From positions 152,892 to 216,891 of the forward strand of contig NMRA01000185.1 in NCBI GenBank assembly GCA_002633005.1: DNA of 64,000 nucleotides, given 5' to 3'. Shown here piece after piece: positions 60,139 through 64,000 of the stretch. Origin of the DNA: Phoronis australis (taxonomy: Eukaryota > Animalia > Phoronida). The translations under genes and the position numbers were made by a program. The number at the start of each line of letters is the position of its first letter. The first letter of the stretch is position 1. A model generated the notes under the pieces. The model had not been told where the DNA came from and did not search any database. It saw only the letters and a program-made list of their open reading frames with translations.

Positions 60139-61659
60139 CTGACAAGAAGTAAAACAACAGTGTTATACACATTTACATTACAAAATACAACGTCAATTTC
60201 TGAGCTTTTAGTAGCAATACCTGACCAGTGTGTTCTTCAGACCCATGATACTCACGTACACGTGCAGAGACAAGTCTTTGCTTATGAAATAAAAAGTGAA
60301 TGCTATAACAAAATTCAAACCCAACCTCACCAACCAATCTCTTCAATCCAATTAAAGCTTTCCCCGGTTTGGCGTGGTCTTGCACGATCTCGCTTTTCTT
60401 GTAGAAAAATGAACACACCCTGGGTCTGGTTTTCTGCAATACTACCATACCCCCAACAGATTATACCCTACATTCGGCTAAATGCGATTCACTCAAACTT
60501 GAAGAATTTCACTTTAGTTCTTAATCTGTTGTATTTGGCTTCACTGCACGTTTAACAATCCAAATGCCCTTGGAGCTGATCCAGGCATGCATGGTATCCC
60601 TCTCAATCTATTAATGACTCAGATTTCATGTTTACTGGTATTTCAGCATCTAAATTTTAGATTTAAGTCAACATACCGTAACTCTCCACTTATTTTGTGC
60701 AAAAATAATTGACAAAACATAATTGTTATCTTTTCCAAATAATGGAAAGATTTCTTATGACATCTACGTACAGCACAAAATGCTTCTAATAGACTAAAAT
60801 GTTCTTAATCTTAACTTTTGTCAAGAAATTTAACAAAACAGAATTTCATTTCTCAGCCATATTGTGTGCTAAGTAAGCATCAAACTTCGTAGTTTTGCCA
60901 ACTTCGTTTTGAATAATACCGATGCTTTACGAATACCTCCTTCGGAAATACATTCAAAATAAGTCCACACATTTTAGGCTGTAGCACAGAAACGGTAATT
61001 AAGAAAAATACTGTAACCGTAATTTGACCAAAGCTATAGATATTTCACCTCTTAATATTAGGGTACAACAAAGATTTCCTGGAAGAAGTTACCTCACACC
61101 AAGGTTTGGAATATACTGCTATAACTGAATGAGACATAAACACAGCCAACAAAGTACTGAAAATCTTCATAGACCAAACATTTGAGATTTATTCTTATAA
61201 TGGCCTAAGGGTTTAACAATTTTGAAGAATATTGTATGGTGATGACATCAGGACCTGAAAATTACATGGTTCAAATAACATTGAGGCAATAGTGGATATT
61301 GTAGGTATACAAATGCCTCCCATCTAATAACTATGTTACCAGTAAGAGCAAAATGGCCAGTGGTTAGTTAGAATACCTGGTATTGTAATATTCAAGTGAT
61401 AACACATCATCACATGTACTGCTGGTCAGAAAAGGGTGGGCATTTCATTTTAAAGTCAAACTGAGACTGGGGACATAATCTAGTGGACTATTACATAATA
61501 AAAATTGTATCAAATGGAAGTTCTTCACATATTCAGCATAAGATAGGGGGCATTGAGATTTTCTTTTGTCAAATGTCTCAACAAAAACAATGATTACTAA
61601 GTTAAGGTTCAGTGCTCTTCCTAAAGTATTCCCACATGCCGCTGCACCATGTTTGATAA

Positions 61660-61830
61660 GTTCTGCACAATGTTTGGAAATCTTGAGCCATGTATAAAAT
61701 GCTCTGAGCCATGTTTAAAAAGTTCTCTGAGTCTTGTTTAAAAAGTTCTGAGCCATGTTTAAAAAGTTCTGAGTCTTGTTTAAAAAGCTCTGAGCCATGT
61801 TTAAAAAGCTTTGAGTCATGTTTGGAAAGC
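61660..61830. repeat. 21-bp minisatellite, about 7-8 copies
   Basis: Unit TGAG(C/T)C(A/T)TGTTTAAAAAG(T/C)TC. Confidence 0.85.
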
Positions 61831-62339
61831 CCAAAATTTGTTGGGTTTACAAGAATATGATTTGAAATAGTGTAGCATAGTGGTACTTGTTTCTTAGTAA
61901 TACTTAACAAGCGAAAAAATTGTGTAACTATAGCGATGTCTCTGTGATTGGCAGGAATGAAGATTAGGTCATTAAAACTTCAGAATGTGCTTTTGTGTAA
62001 CTTAAATCAATCTGTTCACAAAAACTTTTCAATTATTCAATTAGTCAGAGCTGAAACAACAACATAACTAACAACTGCATCCATCATCTTCAGATTTGTC
62101 CCTGATTGGACCAAATAAGAGTTCGATATTTCTTTTACTCATCGTCGCCAACTTTACTTATTTGAAGTTGACGATTCCGGCCTGACCTACTTTGTGCTGC
62201 GTGGGACTTCAAAAACTAGCACAAGCCCCCAGGGCACAATTAACACACAGCAATAGCTTTCATGTGAGGTGCTAACTACTATAGCCGATAGACGCGAGGT
62301 TTGTCACATCAACAGATCAATCATCTCTCGCTTTTAGAT

Positions 62340-62980
62340 CAGACGTATCAATCAATAAATGGGGCTGCCTTTATATAACATTTCAAGGATTTTCCAATGT
62401 TTGCAAACTAATTAATATCACATATCAATATTTATGTTTGGGGACATTAGAGATGATATTTGTTCGGTGCCAGCTTATTTAGTGCTTATGGATAACTATT
62501 GCACCAACTAAGAGTAGTGATTTAATTTGAAGTTCTCTTAGGCTCTTAGTATCAGATTAGTAACAATAATTAGTAATACTACTTACTGATACTATTTATT
62601 AAAAATTACTTAAATGCCTTAACTTTAAATGTTTTTATTAATTATTTGAAAATAAATTTTAATGCTGAAAAGTTACTAAAGCAAAAAAATCCAAATGAAC
62701 TACAGGAATTCTGGAAACCGTGGGAGTCTCTTCACTGACTGATACATGTACTGGTATATATTGCACAATTAAAATTGATCAGAGAGGGGCCTGCACAGTG
62801 GGTGACTGACAATTGTGTACATGTGGGCCTGCACTGGTGACTGACATGTGCATGTGTGTCATATATAACCAACTACTTTCAACACTACCGTCAACATTTT
62901 TGTAATGTTATATTTGAATGTTATTGCCTCACTATTATTGTTAACTATTTGTAATGTTATGTTTGACGAATAAATAGCAA
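62340..62980 (+). mobile_element. Old L1/Tx1-like LINE 3' remnant
   Basis: ..INYLKINFNAEK..KQKNPNELQEFWKPWESLH** then a TG/AT-rich tail ending in AATAAA; degenerate. Confidence 0.4.
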
Positions 62981-64000
62981 AAAATTACTAAAACTACATA
63001 CTAACAGTATTTACAAATACTACGTAAAACAAGCAGTAATAGTAACAGTACGTGCAAGACATTTTTTACACCAACGGGCTTCACATCTCAAGGATCATTT
63101 TAGATAGCCTTGAGTAATGGTGACCCGCGCAGCCACAACACAAAGGGCAAATTTGGCGTACCTGACCATGTTAGTCCCTTTTACCTTCTAATTATAATGG
63201 GCCAGGTGGTCCCAAGTTAATCAATCAGTGTGTAAATGAAATTATTTTTGGGCCAATGAAACAGAGTGAACGCCTAAAATTATGCATGTCTCTTATTAAT
63301 CATAAAAATATCACCCAGGCTACAGATCTTAATTCATAAATGCAACAGTTGCCGTGGCACAGCATCACCAATAACTTCAAAGCCTACCTGGGACTAATTT
63401 ACACATCACACAGGTTATTCGTCACTTATTTAGTAAACAATATGACAGACAAGTGAATTTATATTTTGTAAGTTATCTCCCTAAAAATTTTATGAACTAA
63501 AATGCTGTGGCTCGGTACTGAAATATATTCGCTCGTAATTTTACTCTGTACTGTAACTGCACGGCATTCCAACATCTATTTTATTTATTTATGAATATGG
63601 CTCTCCACCAAAAAAGATTAAACACATTTGACTCTGTTACAAGCGTGGTTTGCACTGAGGCTCCCCATGGACAGCTGCCAGTAGCAACTTAATCAGTTTG
63701 AGAAATGGGAAAATGGCCATTACTATAATTCTCATTTACAACGGAAGCAAATCCGAAAACTCTTTGGTCCTTCCATTTCTTAAAACATTGACGTAGAAAA
63801 TATATCTGAAACTAAATAAGGCGATCCAGATCCTCCCAAGTATACTATTGTTTCGTGAAATGAAGAATATAAATCGGTAAATAAAACAACAAGAATGGAT
63901 CAACTGAAATTTGAAATTTTCGGAGGTAACAACTTCCTTTATCAACAAAAACAGAAATAAAGTAAAATCAAACACGAAATGACAATTGACATATAAGATA

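Noticed and set aside
61602-61910. 102-aa ORF with ELFKHGS/ELFKQDS heptads
   Set aside because: Translation artefact of the 21-bp minisatellite.
60139-64000. Search for upstream SLC6 exons (TM1-TM2, e.g. GNVWRFPY, ELALGQ)
   Set aside because: No such motifs found by eye; presumably beyond the window.

Overview
Eukaryotic (invertebrate, probably lophotrochozoan or mollusc-like; inference) genomic DNA, AT-rich, with two single-N assembly gaps (10453, 33289). It holds two convergent spliced genes. The first is a complete 12-exon transketolase on + (9165-34335, 627 aa, all GT-AG, phases consistent). The second is the 3' two-thirds of an SLC6 GABA/taurine/creatine-subfamily Na+/Cl- symporter on - (TM3 onward; 5' exons lie beyond the window), with two candidate alternative terminal coding exons. 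Introns and flanks are packed with mobile DNA: a decayed Maverick/Polinton (adintovirus-like) pPolB remnant at the window start, two TTAA-flanked Kolobok-type elements, an internally deleted Sola3 transposon, an intact antisense SGNH-hydrolase ORF inside a TKT intron, four Pearl/HINE-like elements whose ~143-bp repeat units each carry a CTCF-like motif, several MITEs, LINE 3' remnants, and tandem duplications of real splice sites. All calls come from manual reading and translation; no database search was run.
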